This document shows positions 39,775 to 49,602 of a stretch of DNA of 64,000 nucleotides, piece after piece (within the stretch, counting starts at the first letter, position 1; every line of letters starts with the position of its first letter). The notes beneath the pieces were generated by a model. It was not told the DNA's origin and did not search any database. It was given only the letters and a program-made list of their open reading frames with translations. This DNA comes from Candidatus Eiseniibacteriota bacterium (GTDB lineage: Bacteria > Eisenbacteria > RBG-16-71-46), in NCBI GenBank assembly GCA_963776245.1, contig CAVZLN010000009.1, positions 96,001 to 160,000 on the forward strand, in the 5' to 3' direction. The position numbers were made by a program, and so were the translations under genes.

Positions 39775-41580
39775 TCAGTACACCCCGCGCGACCGGAACA
39801 GCGTCGCCGCGGTGCGGCAGAGGATGGACACGTCGTTCCCGAGCGAGACGTGATCGAGATACCACCGGTCGTAGGCCACCTTGCGCTCGAGCGGGATGTC
39901 GTCACGGCCATGGATCTGGGCCCATCCTGTCACACCCGGTTTCAGCGCGTCCACCCCCGCCGCCTGGCGCAGCGCGATCAGATCGTCCTGGTTGTGGAGC
40001 GCGGGCCGCGGTCCCACCAGCGTCATCTCGCCGCGCACCACGTTGAACAACTGGGGCAGTTCGTCGAGGCTGCTGCGGCGCAGGAACCGCCCCAGGCGCG
40101 TGACGCGCTCCGAGCCCGGGCCCACCAGGTGCGAGGCGAGATCCGGCGTGCCCACCCGCATGGTGCGGAACTTCAGGATGGTGAACTCTCCCGAGCCGCG
40201 CCCGACGCGGCGCTGGCGGAACAGCGCCGGCCCGGGCGAATCGAGGCGCACCGCGATCGCCACCAGCGCCAGCACCGGCGCGAGCCCCACCAGCAGCGGC
40301 ACCGCCAGGCCCAAGTCGAAGGCGCGCTTCAGGAACGCGAGCGGCCCGTGCGGGCGCGGCGCGATGCCGCGCCCGCGCGCGGCGCGATGGCAATCCTCGA
40401 CCAGGCGCGCCAGGCGAGCGCCGAGGGCGCGGCGCGAGTACTCGCGCTCGACCAGGACGGGACCAGCCGCCGCCAGCGCCGCGCGCCGCGCGGGGTCGGC
40501 CGCCAGCGCCTCCAGAGCCGCCGCCAGCGCCGCGCCGTCGCCGGGCGGGACCACGATCCCCCCGCCCGAGGCCTCGACCACCGCGGCCGCGTCCCCGCTC
40601 ACCCCCGCCACCACCGGCACGCCGCACGCGAGGTAGTCGAACAGTTTCACCGGGATGGTCTCGCCGCTGAAGGCGTGCGCGCGCGTGGTCGCGACGCACA
40701 CGTCCGCCTGGTGGATCAGGGCCACCAGCTCCTGCGGAGGCAGGCTGGGCCGGAACTCGACGTGCGCGAGCCCCGCGGCGGCGGCGCGCGCCTGGAGCGC
40801 CGGCTTGGCCACGCCGTCGCCCACCAGCAGGAAACGGATGTCGGCGCGTCCCCGCAGCCGTTCCGCGGCGTCGAGCAGCGCGTCCATCCCGTGCACCAGC
40901 CCGTGGGTCCCGGCGTAGAGCACGGTGAACGGCGCGCCGGGCGGGCGCGCGGGCGCCGGGGTGAACAGGTCGGTGTCGGCGCCGTTGGTGATGAGCGCGA
41001 TGCGCCCGCTGTCGAGCCCCCGCGACTCGAGCGCCCGCCGCATGCCGGGAGTGACCACGACCACGCGCGCGGCGCGGTGCTGCAGGAAGCGCGAGATCGA
41101 TTCGAGCGCGCTCGCGGCGAGCCCCGGCTCCATCTCGCCCAGCGCGATCGCGGCGTGCGGCCAGTCGTCGCGCATGTCCAGCACCAGCGGCGCGCGGTGG
41201 CGCCGCGCGGCCAGCCACGCGCTCAGCCCCAGGAACAGCGGCGGCACGCTGGCGATCACCACGTCGGTCGGCCCGCCGGCGAGCGCCACCGGGAGCGCGG
41301 ACCAGGCGAAGGTGAGGTGGTTCCACAGCCGGGTGAGCGCGGTCCGACGTGGGGTGGCGTGGAGCCACACCCGCTCCACCACGATGCCCTCGAGGCGCTC
41401 GGTCACGCGGCGCGTCGAGGCGTAGGGCGGGTGGACCGTGCCCGCCGGATGATTGGGAAGCCCGGTGAGCACGCGCACCTCGTGGCCCGCGCGCGACAGG
41501 GCGCGCGCGAAGTGCAGGGCGCGCGCGGGCGCGGCCCCGGTCTCGGGTGGGAAGTACTGGCTCACCAGCAGGATGCGCAC
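39775..41580 (-). CDS. Fusion: GT4 (WbuB-like) glycosyltransferase plus C-terminal phosphoglycosyltransferase
   Basis: SQYFPPETGA, TGLPNHP, PVKLFDYLACG, then KRAFD, KFRTM, SLDELPQLFNV, GPRP, KPGVTGWAQ in one frame. Confidence 0.9.
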   Translation of the reverse strand: MRILLVSQYFPPETGAAPARALHFARALSRAGHEVRVLTGLPNHPAGTVHPPYASTRRVTERLEGIVVERVWLHATPRRTALTRLWNHLTFAWSALPVALAGGPTDVVIASVPPLFLGLSAWLAARRHRAPLVLDMRDDWPHAAIALGEMEPGLAASALESISRFLQHRAARVVVVTPGMRRALESRGLDSGRIALITNGADTDLFTPAPARPPGAPFTVLYAGTHGLVHGMDALLDAAERLRGRADIRFLLVGDGVAKPALQARAAAAGLAHVEFRPSLPPQELVALIHQADVCVATTRAHAFSGETIPVKLFDYLACGVPVVAGVSGDAAAVVEASGGGIVVPPGDGAALAAALEALAADPARRAALAAAGPVLVEREYSRRALGARLARLVEDCHRAARGRGIAPRPHGPLAFLKRAFDLGLAVPLLVGLAPVLALVAIAVRLDSPGPALFRQRRVGRGSGEFTILKFRTMRVGTPDLASHLVGPGSERVTRLGRFLRRSSLDELPQLFNVVRGEMTLVGPRPALHNQDDLIALRQAAGVDALKPGVTGWAQIHGRDDIPLERKVAYDRWYLDHVSLGNDVSILCRTAATLFRSRGVY

Positions 41581-41591
41581 GACGCCCGCCC

Positions 41592-42479
41592 TCAGGCCCG
41601 GGTCGCCACGGCGAGCTGGCGCCGGGCGCGCGTGTGCCCGAGCTGCCAGCGGCGCTGCAACGGCCGCACCAGTCCCTCGTAGAGCGCGCCCGGAAGCGAA
41701 CCGGTGCCCCCCCAGTAGAGCTCGTGGTGCACCATGCGCAGGCCGTTCGCCTCCATCACGCGGCGCAGCTCGCGCGGGGGGAAGGTGCGCTCCACGGCGT
41801 AGGCGTGGGTGGCGCCGTCGGGCGCCGTGTAGTGCTGGCTCACCTCGGTGCGCAACCCGGCGAGGCGCGCGAGATGGACCGGATGCGCGCCGTTGATGTC
41901 CCCGACCACCAGCACGCCGCCGGGCCGCAGGTGGTCGCGCACCGCACGCAGGAAGTCGTCGAGCGGTTCGATGTGGGAGAGCGCGTTGTACACCCACACC
42001 AGATCGGCGTCGGTGCTCCAGTCGCGCGTCAGGTCGGCGCGCTCGTAGCGCACCGCGAGCGACGTGCCGGTGCTCTCGCGATGGAACGCGAGCCGGCGCC
42101 CCGCGGCATCGAGCCGGTCGGGGCGCAGGTCGGCGCCCACCACCTCGGCGCCGACCGCCGCGTAGAGCATGGCGTAGGTGCCGAAGCCCGAGCCCGCGTC
42201 CATCACCACCGGGCGGGGGCCCGCGGCGGCGCGCGCCGCGAGCCAGCGCGCCGTCCAGCCCGCCTCGCTGCGCCAGAAGCCGCGCAGATAGCGGGCGATC
42301 CCGGCCTCGTCCCCGGGCCCCGGCAGGTTCCGGTAGTAGTCCGCGAACGCCTCGCGCTCGCCCTCGGGCAGGAAGCTCGCGTGCGCCGGGTATTCCACCT
42401 CGATGGTCCAGCGCACGAACCGCTCGAGCGCCGCGCGCGCGCCCGCGCGCGCTGTCACCCCTCCCGCCGCGTGACTCAA
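41592..42479 (-). CDS. Class I SAM-dependent methyltransferase
   Basis: VMDAGSGFG, GADL, ALSHI, LRPGG; start TTG 42479 or GTG 42458. Confidence 0.85.
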   Translation of the reverse strand: MSHAAGGVTARAGARAALERFVRWTIEVEYPAHASFLPEGEREAFADYYRNLPGPGDEAGIARYLRGFWRSEAGWTARWLAARAAAGPRPVVMDAGSGFGTYAMLYAAVGAEVVGADLRPDRLDAAGRRLAFHRESTGTSLAVRYERADLTRDWSTDADLVWVYNALSHIEPLDDFLRAVRDHLRPGGVLVVGDINGAHPVHLARLAGLRTEVSQHYTAPDGATHAYAVERTFPPRELRRVMEANGLRMVHHELYWGGTGSLPGALYEGLVRPLQRRWQLGHTRARRQLAVATRA

Positions 42480-42546
42480 GGCCGTGCCTCCCGTGTGGTG
42501 GTGCGCGCGCGGTCCCCGGCCTCGGGCGCGGGCGCGCGGTGGGATG

Positions 42547-43674
42547 TCATGGTGTCCTCCCGAAGCGCGTGAGCGCCTGCCAGAGCAGCGGCAGGTGACG
42601 CGGGCGCAGGCTGCCGAGCAGCTTCGCCACGCGGTCCAGCCGGCCCTGCCGCAGGTAGGTCCCGAGACTCTGCAGCTCGTAACGCAACAGCGTGGGCGCC
42701 GACTCCGCGGCGAAGCGCCCGGCCGCGTCGTCGAGGCCGGCCGAGAGCCGGGCCAGCCGTTCGTGCAGCCGCTCGGCGCGTGCCGCGGAGGCCGCGCGCG
42801 GCACCCCATCGCCGTCGATCTCGAACGGCTCCACGCTCAGACCGTGCGCCTCGGCCACCTCGACCGTGAACACCCCGGCGAGCCGGCGCACGTCGACCGC
42901 GACCTGGGCCTCGAAGTCGCCCGCGCCGGGATGGAACACCAGGTCGCCGAGACTGTACAGCGTGAGGGCGCGCCCCTCGCGTCGCGCCCCCTGGATGACG
43001 TGGGGATGATGCCCGAGCACCACGTCGGCGCCGCCGGCGGCGAGCACGCGCGCCAGTTCGAGCACGCGCGGCGGCGGGTAGTCCACGTACATCGAGCCCC
43101 AGTGCACGCTCGCCACCAGCACATCCGCGGCGGGGCGCCAGCGCGCCAGGTCCTCGCGCACCATCTCCGCTTCGAGCGGCGCGGTGCCGGGGGTGCCGGG
43201 CCCCGCGCGGCCCGCGGTCGAAGCGCTCCACGCCAGCACCACGACCCGCACGCCCCGCACCTCGAGGCGCGCCGGCGCGCGCGCCGCGTCGAGGTCGCGT
43301 CCGGCGCCGGCGGTCGCCAGTCCGGCAGCCGCGCACGCGTCGAGCGTGGCCACGAGCCCGCGCGCGCCGCAGTCCATCATGTGATTGTTGGCCAGCGACA
43401 CGACGCCCACCCCGGCGCGCGCCAGCGCGGCGGGCACCCGCGCGTCGAGCCAGAACTCGGGCGCCCGTCCGGGCTCCACCCACGCCGCGTGGCCGACCGG
43501 GAGCTCGAGGTTGGCGAACCCGAGGTCGGCCGCGCGGAGCGCCGGAGCGACCTCGGCGAACACCGCGTCCTCGCCATGAGCGGCGGCGAACGCGCGCAGC
43601 CGGCCATGCACCGCGATGTCCCCCGCCGCGGCGATCCGCAGGCGGACCGCGCCGGCGGGCTCAAGCAGCCGCAT
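42547..43674 (-). CDS. CapA/PGA_cap family metallophosphoesterase-like protein
   Basis: AGD, NLE, LANNHMMDCG, HWG, GHHPHV, YSLGD. Confidence 0.9.
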   Translation of the reverse strand: MRLLEPAGAVRLRIAAAGDIAVHGRLRAFAAAHGEDAVFAEVAPALRAADLGFANLELPVGHAAWVEPGRAPEFWLDARVPAALARAGVGVVSLANNHMMDCGARGLVATLDACAAAGLATAGAGRDLDAARAPARLEVRGVRVVVLAWSASTAGRAGPGTPGTAPLEAEMVREDLARWRPAADVLVASVHWGSMYVDYPPPRVLELARVLAAGGADVVLGHHPHVIQGARREGRALTLYSLGDLVFHPGAGDFEAQVAVDVRRLAGVFTVEVAEAHGLSVEPFEIDGDGVPRAASAARAERLHERLARLSAGLDDAAGRFAAESAPTLLRYELQSLGTYLRQGRLDRVAKLLGSLRPRHLPLLWQALTRFGRTP

Positions 43675-44815
43675 CGGGCCCTCCCGCCGCCGTCGGCCGG
43701 CCGGCCTCGGCCAGCGCCGCGCGATAGAGCGCCTCGGTCTCGCGCACCATGCGCGCGGCGGTGAAGCGCTCCTCCCAGCGTGCCCGCGCCGCCCGGCCCA
43801 TCGCGGCGCGCCCCGCGGCGTCATCGATCAGCCCCCCGAGCGCCGCGGCGAGCGCGGGGACGTCGTCCACGGGAGTGACCCGGCCGGTGACGCCGTCCTC
43901 CACCGCCTCCGCGCACCCGCCGATGTCGGTCACCACCGCCGCCCGGCCGGCGCGCATCCCCTCGAGCAGCGTCACCGAGAGCCCCTCGCGCACCGACGAC
44001 AGCGCGAACACGTCGCACGCCTCCATCAGGTCGGCGATGTCGCCGCGCGCGCCCAGCAGCCGCACGCGGTCCCCCAGCCCGAAGGCCGCGGCGCGCTGCT
44101 CGAGCATTCCGCGCAACGGCCCCTCGCCCGCGATCAGCAGGCGGGCGCCGGCCCGCGCGCGCGCCGCGACGGCGAACGCCTCGAGCAGCACGTGCTGCGC
44201 CTTCTGGGGCGTCAGGCTGCCGACCGCGAGCACCGCCACGTCGGCGCTCGCCAGCCCGAGCGACGCGCGCACCTCCTCGCGCGGGCGGGTGGGCGGAGCG
44301 GGCGCGACCCCGTTGGTCACCGTGACGAATCGCCGCGCCGCCCACGGCAGTCGGCGGACATGGCTGGCGCGCACCGCCTCGCACACGCACACCACGCGGC
44401 GCGTGAGGACGGTCGCCAGCCGCTCGAGCAGCGGATAGAGGACCGAGTGGCGTCCGGGGTAGTGCAGGCTGTGCTCGGTGCGCACCACCACCGGCACCCC
44501 GGCGAGGCAGGCGCCCAGCAGACCATAGAGCGCCCCGGTCGGATTGTGTCCGTTCACCACCTCGATCCGGCGCTCGCGCAGCTCGCGCGCCAGGTCGAAG
44601 GGGGCGAGCAGTCGGTGGAGCGCCGGGTGGCGCCCCGGGCGCCTCACCACCCGCACGGTCGCGCCCAGGGCACGCGCCTGCTCGAGCGCCGGGCCGCCGC
44701 GGTTGAGGGCGATCAGCGTGGTCTCCACGCCCGGCGCCGCGCAGCGCACGTGCTCGACCAGCAGGGACTCCGCCCCGCCGGTATGCATCGCCTCGATGAC
44801 GTGCGCGACCCTCAT
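43661..44815 (-). CDS. Glycosyltransferase family 4
   Basis: GGAE, NGV, QKAQ, EGLSVTLLEGM. Confidence 0.92.
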   Translation of the reverse strand: MRVAHVIEAMHTGGAESLLVEHVRCAAPGVETTLIALNRGGPALEQARALGATVRVVRRPGRHPALHRLLAPFDLARELRERRIEVVNGHNPTGALYGLLGACLAGVPVVVRTEHSLHYPGRHSVLYPLLERLATVLTRRVVCVCEAVRASHVRRLPWAARRFVTVTNGVAPAPPTRPREEVRASLGLASADVAVLAVGSLTPQKAQHVLLEAFAVAARARAGARLLIAGEGPLRGMLEQRAAAFGLGDRVRLLGARGDIADLMEACDVFALSSVREGLSVTLLEGMRAGRAAVVTDIGGCAEAVEDGVTGRVTPVDDVPALAAALGGLIDDAAGRAAMGRAARARWEERFTAARMVRETEALYRAALAEAGRPTAAGGPDAAA

Positions 44816-46035
44816 CCTCCCTCCCGCGCGACCGGCACGCCGTTCCAGAGCGCGAACAGCCGCCCGAAGGCGCGCTCGACGTCGAAGCGCTCGCGTGCGA
44901 GGCGGTGCGCCTCCTCCCCCATCCGGTCGGCCACCGCCGGGTGGTCGATCCACGCGGCCAGCGCGGCCGCGATCCCCTCCACGTCCTCGGGATCGGCGAG
45001 CGCGCCGGTCACCCCCGGATCGATGGCCTCCTCGAGCCCGGCGGCCCGGGTGCCGAGGCACGGCACCCCCATCGCCATCGCCTCGATGACCACGTTGGGG
45101 ATGCCGTCGCGTCTTCCGTTCGCCATCACGCGGCTGGGGGCGAGCAGGGCCCAGGCGCGCCGGTACCACGGCAGGATGCCGTCGTGCGTGAGCGCGCCGG
45201 TGAACGTCACGCGGCCACCCACGCCCTCGGCGTGCGCCAGGGCCTCGAGCGCCGCGCGCTGCGGTCCGTCCCCGATCACCACCAGCCGCGCGTTCCGGCC
45301 GCCGCGGGCAAGCGAGCCCAGCGCCCTCACCGCGAGGTCGAAGCCTTTGGGAGGCGCGAGCCGGCCGACCACCACGAACAGGGGCTCGGGGTCCCGCGCG
45401 CGCCCCGCGCCGTCGAAGCGCGCGAGGTCCACCCCGTGGTAGATCCACTCGACGCGGGCGCGCGGGCCCGCGAGCTCGCGCAGCAGCTCGGCGTTCCCGC
45501 GCACGCACGCGCTCACGAACACCGCCGCGCGCGCCTTCTGCGCCAGGAACGCGCGCGTGCGGTAGAGGTCCGCCCCGGCGTGCGCCGCCATCGTGAAGGG
45601 CCGGCCGGTGAGCCGCGCCGCGAGGTGGGCCGCGCTGGCCGGGAAGTGCGCCCACGCGCCGTGCACCACGTCGAGGTCCTCGCGCTCCACTTCCGACGCG
45701 ATGCGCGCCGCGGCCGGCAGATAGCCGAGGTGGCCGGCCAGCGCGTACCCGCTGGCGCGCGAGGCCCACAGCAGGCGCGCGACCTCGGGCAGCAGCACGT
45801 GCGGCCGTCGCACCAGCCAGCCGAGCAGCGCGGCCCACGACGCCGGGTCGAGTGGCGAGCCGACCGGCCGCACCAGCTCCACCAACGCGGCGTGCTGCGG
45901 CTGGAACCGCGTGCCGACCCGGCCCAGCGCGTACACCCTCACGCGCACCCCGCGCGCCACCAGCCGGTGCACCTCGTTCTCGAGGAACGCGGCGAGGGTG
46001 GGGAACGTGGTGGTCACGTAGGCGATCGACCTCAC
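44812..46035 (-). CDS. Glycosyltransferase family 4 (WcaL-like)
   Basis: FPT..FLENE, AHAGADLY, KGFD, RDGIPNVVIEAMAMG. Confidence 0.92.
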   Translation of the reverse strand: MRSIAYVTTTFPTLAAFLENEVHRLVARGVRVRVYALGRVGTRFQPQHAALVELVRPVGSPLDPASWAALLGWLVRRPHVLLPEVARLLWASRASGYALAGHLGYLPAAARIASEVEREDLDVVHGAWAHFPASAAHLAARLTGRPFTMAAHAGADLYRTRAFLAQKARAAVFVSACVRGNAELLRELAGPRARVEWIYHGVDLARFDGAGRARDPEPLFVVVGRLAPPKGFDLAVRALGSLARGGRNARLVVIGDGPQRAALEALAHAEGVGGRVTFTGALTHDGILPWYRRAWALLAPSRVMANGRRDGIPNVVIEAMAMGVPCLGTRAAGLEEAIDPGVTGALADPEDVEGIAAALAAWIDHPAVADRMGEEAHRLARERFDVERAFGRLFALWNGVPVAREGG

Positions 46036-47159
46036 GCGCCCCTCCGCGCCACCCGGGTGTAGAACGCCTCGTGACGGCGCGCCATGACCTCGATGCTCAT
46101 GCCATCCTCGACCGCGCGGCGCGCCGCGGTCGCGCGGCGCCGCGCTTCTTCGGGACGCGCCAGCGCGTCGCCGAGCGCCGCCGCGAGCGCCCCCGGCTCG
46201 CGCGCCGGCACCAGCCACCCGGTCGCGCCATCGCGCAGCACCTCGGGGGTCCCTCCGACCGCCGTCGCCACCGCCGGGCGGCCGGCGGCCATCGCCTCGA
46301 GCAGCGCGTTGGGGATGCCCTCCTCGCGCGACGAGAGCACGAACACGTCCATCGCCGCCAGCAGGCGCTCGACATCGGCGCGCTCGCCCAGGAAGCGCAC
46401 GCGCTCGGCGAGGCCGAGGCGGCGGGCGTGCGCCTCGAGCGCGGCGCGATCCGGGCCCTCGCCCACCAGCGCGGCGGTGAAGTCGGTGCCGCGACCGGCC
46501 AGCGCCGCCAGCGCTTCGAGCAGGGTGCCGTGGTCCTTGCGCGGCGCCAGGCATCCCACGGTGCCGATGAGCGGCACGCCCTCGCGCCCGCCCAGTTCCG
46601 CGCGCGGCGCCGCCGCGACGTCGAAGCGCGCGACGTCCACCCCATTGGGGATCACGGTGATGCGCTCGCGGGGCACGCCCAGCGCCACCACCGTGACCGC
46701 CACCGCCTCGCTCACCGCGGTGACGTGGGTGGCCCAGCGATGCGCGAGGCGCTGGAGCGCCACCTGCCGCGGGCTCTCGAACGCGTCGACGTTGCGCTTG
46801 GCCACCGCCACCACCCGCACGCCGCACAGGCGCCCGGCGAGCACCGCGAACAGGTTCGGGCCGAACAGGTAGCCGTGCACCACGTCGGGGCGGAAGCGCA
46901 TCACCCGGCCCACCAGCCGTCCGAGGCCACGCAGCCCGGCGGGACCGTAGATGCGCCGCCCGACGCCGAGGTCGTGCACCGGCCAGCCGAGTGCGCGCAC
47001 CTCGGCGGCGAACTGCCCCTCGGCGCGGAAACACGCGATCTCGACCGCGAAGCGCTCGCGATCGAGGCGCTTCCACAGTTCGAGCAGGTGCCGCTCCGCG
47101 CCCCCGGCGACGAAGTTGCCGACCACGTAGAGGATGCGGATGCGCGCGGCCGCGCTCAT
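46032..47159 (-). CDS. Glycosyltransferase family 4
   Basis: GGAERH, IPNGVD, KDH, EGIPNALLEAMAAG. Confidence 0.92.
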   Translation of the reverse strand: MSAAARIRILYVVGNFVAGGAERHLLELWKRLDRERFAVEIACFRAEGQFAAEVRALGWPVHDLGVGRRIYGPAGLRGLGRLVGRVMRFRPDVVHGYLFGPNLFAVLAGRLCGVRVVAVAKRNVDAFESPRQVALQRLAHRWATHVTAVSEAVAVTVVALGVPRERITVIPNGVDVARFDVAAAPRAELGGREGVPLIGTVGCLAPRKDHGTLLEALAALAGRGTDFTAALVGEGPDRAALEAHARRLGLAERVRFLGERADVERLLAAMDVFVLSSREEGIPNALLEAMAAGRPAVATAVGGTPEVLRDGATGWLVPAREPGALAAALGDALARPEEARRRATAARRAVEDGMSIEVMARRHEAFYTRVARRGA

Positions 47160-48163
47160 GACGTCCCCGCCGCCGCGGCGCGCAGGTGGTCGAACGTGCC
47201 GTCGAGTTCCGCCAGCGCCAGCCGGGCGGAGAAGCGCCCGCCGGGTCCGAGGCAGGCGCCATCGGAGAGTCCGCGGCGCGAGAGCGCGTGCGGCGGGTCC
47301 GCGGCCCGCACATCCCCGCGCCGCGTGGTGACCGCGTGCGCGAGGCCGAGCTCGTGGCAGGCCCGCAGCGAGCGCGCGTCGTGATCGCCCGCCGGGTAGG
47401 CGAACCCGGTGGGACGCGTGCCGAGGCGGCGCTCGATGAGCGCGCACGAGCCGCCGATCTCCTCGACCTGCTCGGGATACTCCAGGGTGGTGAGGAACGG
47501 ATGGGTGAGCGTGTGGGCGCCGATCTCCATCCCCGCCTCGGACAGTCGGGCGAGTTCGTCCCAGCTCGCGAGCTCGCAGGGCGCGGGCGCGTCCACGCCG
47601 AGGTCGCGGCGCAGCGCGTCGAGCCAGGCTCGCTGACGCTCGGGGCCGACCCGCAGCTGGGCGAGCCCGGCCTGCAGCAGCGCCGCCCGGTCCGCCGGAC
47701 GGCGGGGGCCGGGTGTGACCGCCACGCCGGTGGTCCGCGCGGTGGGGTGGGTCACGCCCGCGCGCTCGATCGCGTGGGCGAGCACGTCCCACCACGGCGC
47801 GCGGCGCTCCTCGATCAAGCCGGCGGTGAGGTAGAAGGTCGCCCGGGCGCCGTGGCGCACGAGCAGGGGCAGCGCCCGCTGCACGTTGTCGGCGTAGCCA
47901 TCGTCGAACGAGAACGCCACCCAGCGCCCGCGGCCCTCCGCCAGCCGCGCCAGTCCCTCGCTCACGGTGAGTGGCGCCAGCCCGGCGCGCGCCAGCATCG
48001 CCAGCTGGTCCTCGAACACCGGCGCGCTCACCCCCAGCCGGTAGAGCGGGCGGTCCCCCGCGGCGTACACACGGTGATGACGCACGATGGTGAGCGTGGC
48101 CTCGCCGGCGGGGCGCGGACGATGGACGAGAGCCAGCAGCCAGCGCGCCAGCCGGCCACTCAC
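47156..48163 (-). CDS. Polysaccharide deacetylase (CE4)
   Basis: HRV, SFDDGYADN, GAHTLTHP, FAYPAG. Confidence 0.9.
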   Translation of the reverse strand: MSGRLARWLLALVHRPRPAGEATLTIVRHHRVYAAGDRPLYRLGVSAPVFEDQLAMLARAGLAPLTVSEGLARLAEGRGRWVAFSFDDGYADNVQRALPLLVRHGARATFYLTAGLIEERRAPWWDVLAHAIERAGVTHPTARTTGVAVTPGPRRPADRAALLQAGLAQLRVGPERQRAWLDALRRDLGVDAPAPCELASWDELARLSEAGMEIGAHTLTHPFLTTLEYPEQVEEIGGSCALIERRLGTRPTGFAYPAGDHDARSLRACHELGLAHAVTTRRGDVRAADPPHALSRRGLSDGACLGPGGRFSARLALAELDGTFDHLRAAAAGTS

Positions 48164-49602
48164 GCCGCCTCCGCGCGGCGCTCGAGCAGCGCGTCGCTCA
48201 CCAGCGCGCACAGGATCCAGAAGTTCCCGGTGATGAGGATGGAGAGAAAACGATCGCCGAAGGCGCACGACACCGCCATCGCCAGCGTGGCGGCGCTCAC
48301 CCCCACGGCGATCTGGCGGTCGAACGGGTCCCGGGCCAACCGCGCGCCCTCGATCCCCAGCTTCCAGCAGCGCCACAGCAGCACGAGGAAGGTGATCAGA
48401 CCGACGATCCCCAGCTCGGCCAGCATGCGCAGGTAGGTGTTGTGCGCCGAGTCCTTGACCTCCAGCCCGAGCGCATCGCCGGTGTCCGGCAGCACGTACC
48501 CGAGGCCGCAGTATCCGACACCGTCGAGCGGATGCCCGGTGATCACGTCGGCGATGGCGCGCCACGTATCGATGCGGGCCTGTGCCGAACCCTCCAGCTG
48601 TTCCTCGTCGGTGCCCGCACTCTCGACCTGGGTGCCGGTGATGCGCTCCACGACGTAGTCCGGGATCCACCACGGCGAGGTGACGAGCGCGACGAGCAGC
48701 AGCACGGTGAGCAGACGGGACGAGCGGAACACCGCGTAACCGAGCGCGAGCGTGAGTGCGAGCAACCCGCCCCGCGACACCGTCAGGATGGTGGCGAAGG
48801 TACCGCACACCACTGCCCCGGCGAGCACCACGCGGCCCGCCCAGCGGCGCGTCGCCGGCAGGAGCGCGATCGCGAACGCGGTGAACATGGCGAGGAACGC
48901 CCCCAGTTCGTTGGACTGGCCGATCGAGCCCTCGGCGCGCCCGCCGCCGCCCGTGCGCCCATACACGATGGTCACGATCGACTCGGCGAGCAACCCGAGC
49001 ACGACCGCCCAAGCCAAAGATCGGCGGTCCTTCGCGCCGCGCGTCATGGACAGAGCGACGAAGTAGGTGGAAAACGTCATCACCGCGCGGAACACCTGCA
49101 CGCCGGCTTCGTTCCCGTCGTACCCGTACCCGGTGGGCACCGCCAGGCCGCGCACCACTGAGAGCGCGATCAGGCCCAGCAGGAGCATCAGGACACGACC
49201 GATGGGGCCCTGCCGCAGCACCGACTCGCGCCGCCTCACCCGCTGGAGCGCGAACCCGGAGAACACCGAGAACATGAGCATGTTGAGCGGGTTGAGACCG
49301 GGCACCGGCAGCACCGGCAGCCACGGCAGGAAGGGCGTGACGATCGGCAGCAGCAGGAGGCCGAAGCGCGGCTTGGTCAGGACCCCGACCACCACCGCGG
49401 CGCCCGCGACGATCTTCACCACCCGGTGTGGGTCCTGCTGGAAGGTGTAGTCGAGCAGCACGAGCGCCGCGATCACGGTCACCGCCACCAGCGAGCCCGC
49501 CACCGCCACCAGCCAGCCCGAGAGCCCCTCGGCCTGGCGGCGGGCGGCCTCGCGCAGCTCGTCCACCTGCGCGTCGCGCGGCGGATGCGGATCGAAGCTC
49601 AT
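48160..49602 (-). CDS. O-antigen ligase / Wzy polymerase family
   Basis: Multi-TM; SNELG, TVSRGG, R..TW, HPLDGVG, AHNTYL..AELGIVG. Confidence 0.88.
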   Translation of the reverse strand: MSFDPHPPRDAQVDELREAARRQAEGLSGWLVAVAGSLVAVTVIAALVLLDYTFQQDPHRVVKIVAGAAVVVGVLTKPRFGLLLLPIVTPFLPWLPVLPVPGLNPLNMLMFSVFSGFALQRVRRRESVLRQGPIGRVLMLLLGLIALSVVRGLAVPTGYGYDGNEAGVQVFRAVMTFSTYFVALSMTRGAKDRRSLAWAVVLGLLAESIVTIVYGRTGGGGRAEGSIGQSNELGAFLAMFTAFAIALLPATRRWAGRVVLAGAVVCGTFATILTVSRGGLLALTLALGYAVFRSSRLLTVLLLVALVTSPWWIPDYVVERITGTQVESAGTDEEQLEGSAQARIDTWRAIADVITGHPLDGVGYCGLGYVLPDTGDALGLEVKDSAHNTYLRMLAELGIVGLITFLVLLWRCWKLGIEGARLARDPFDRQIAVGVSAATLAMAVSCAFGDRFLSILITGNFWILCALVSDALLERRAEAA

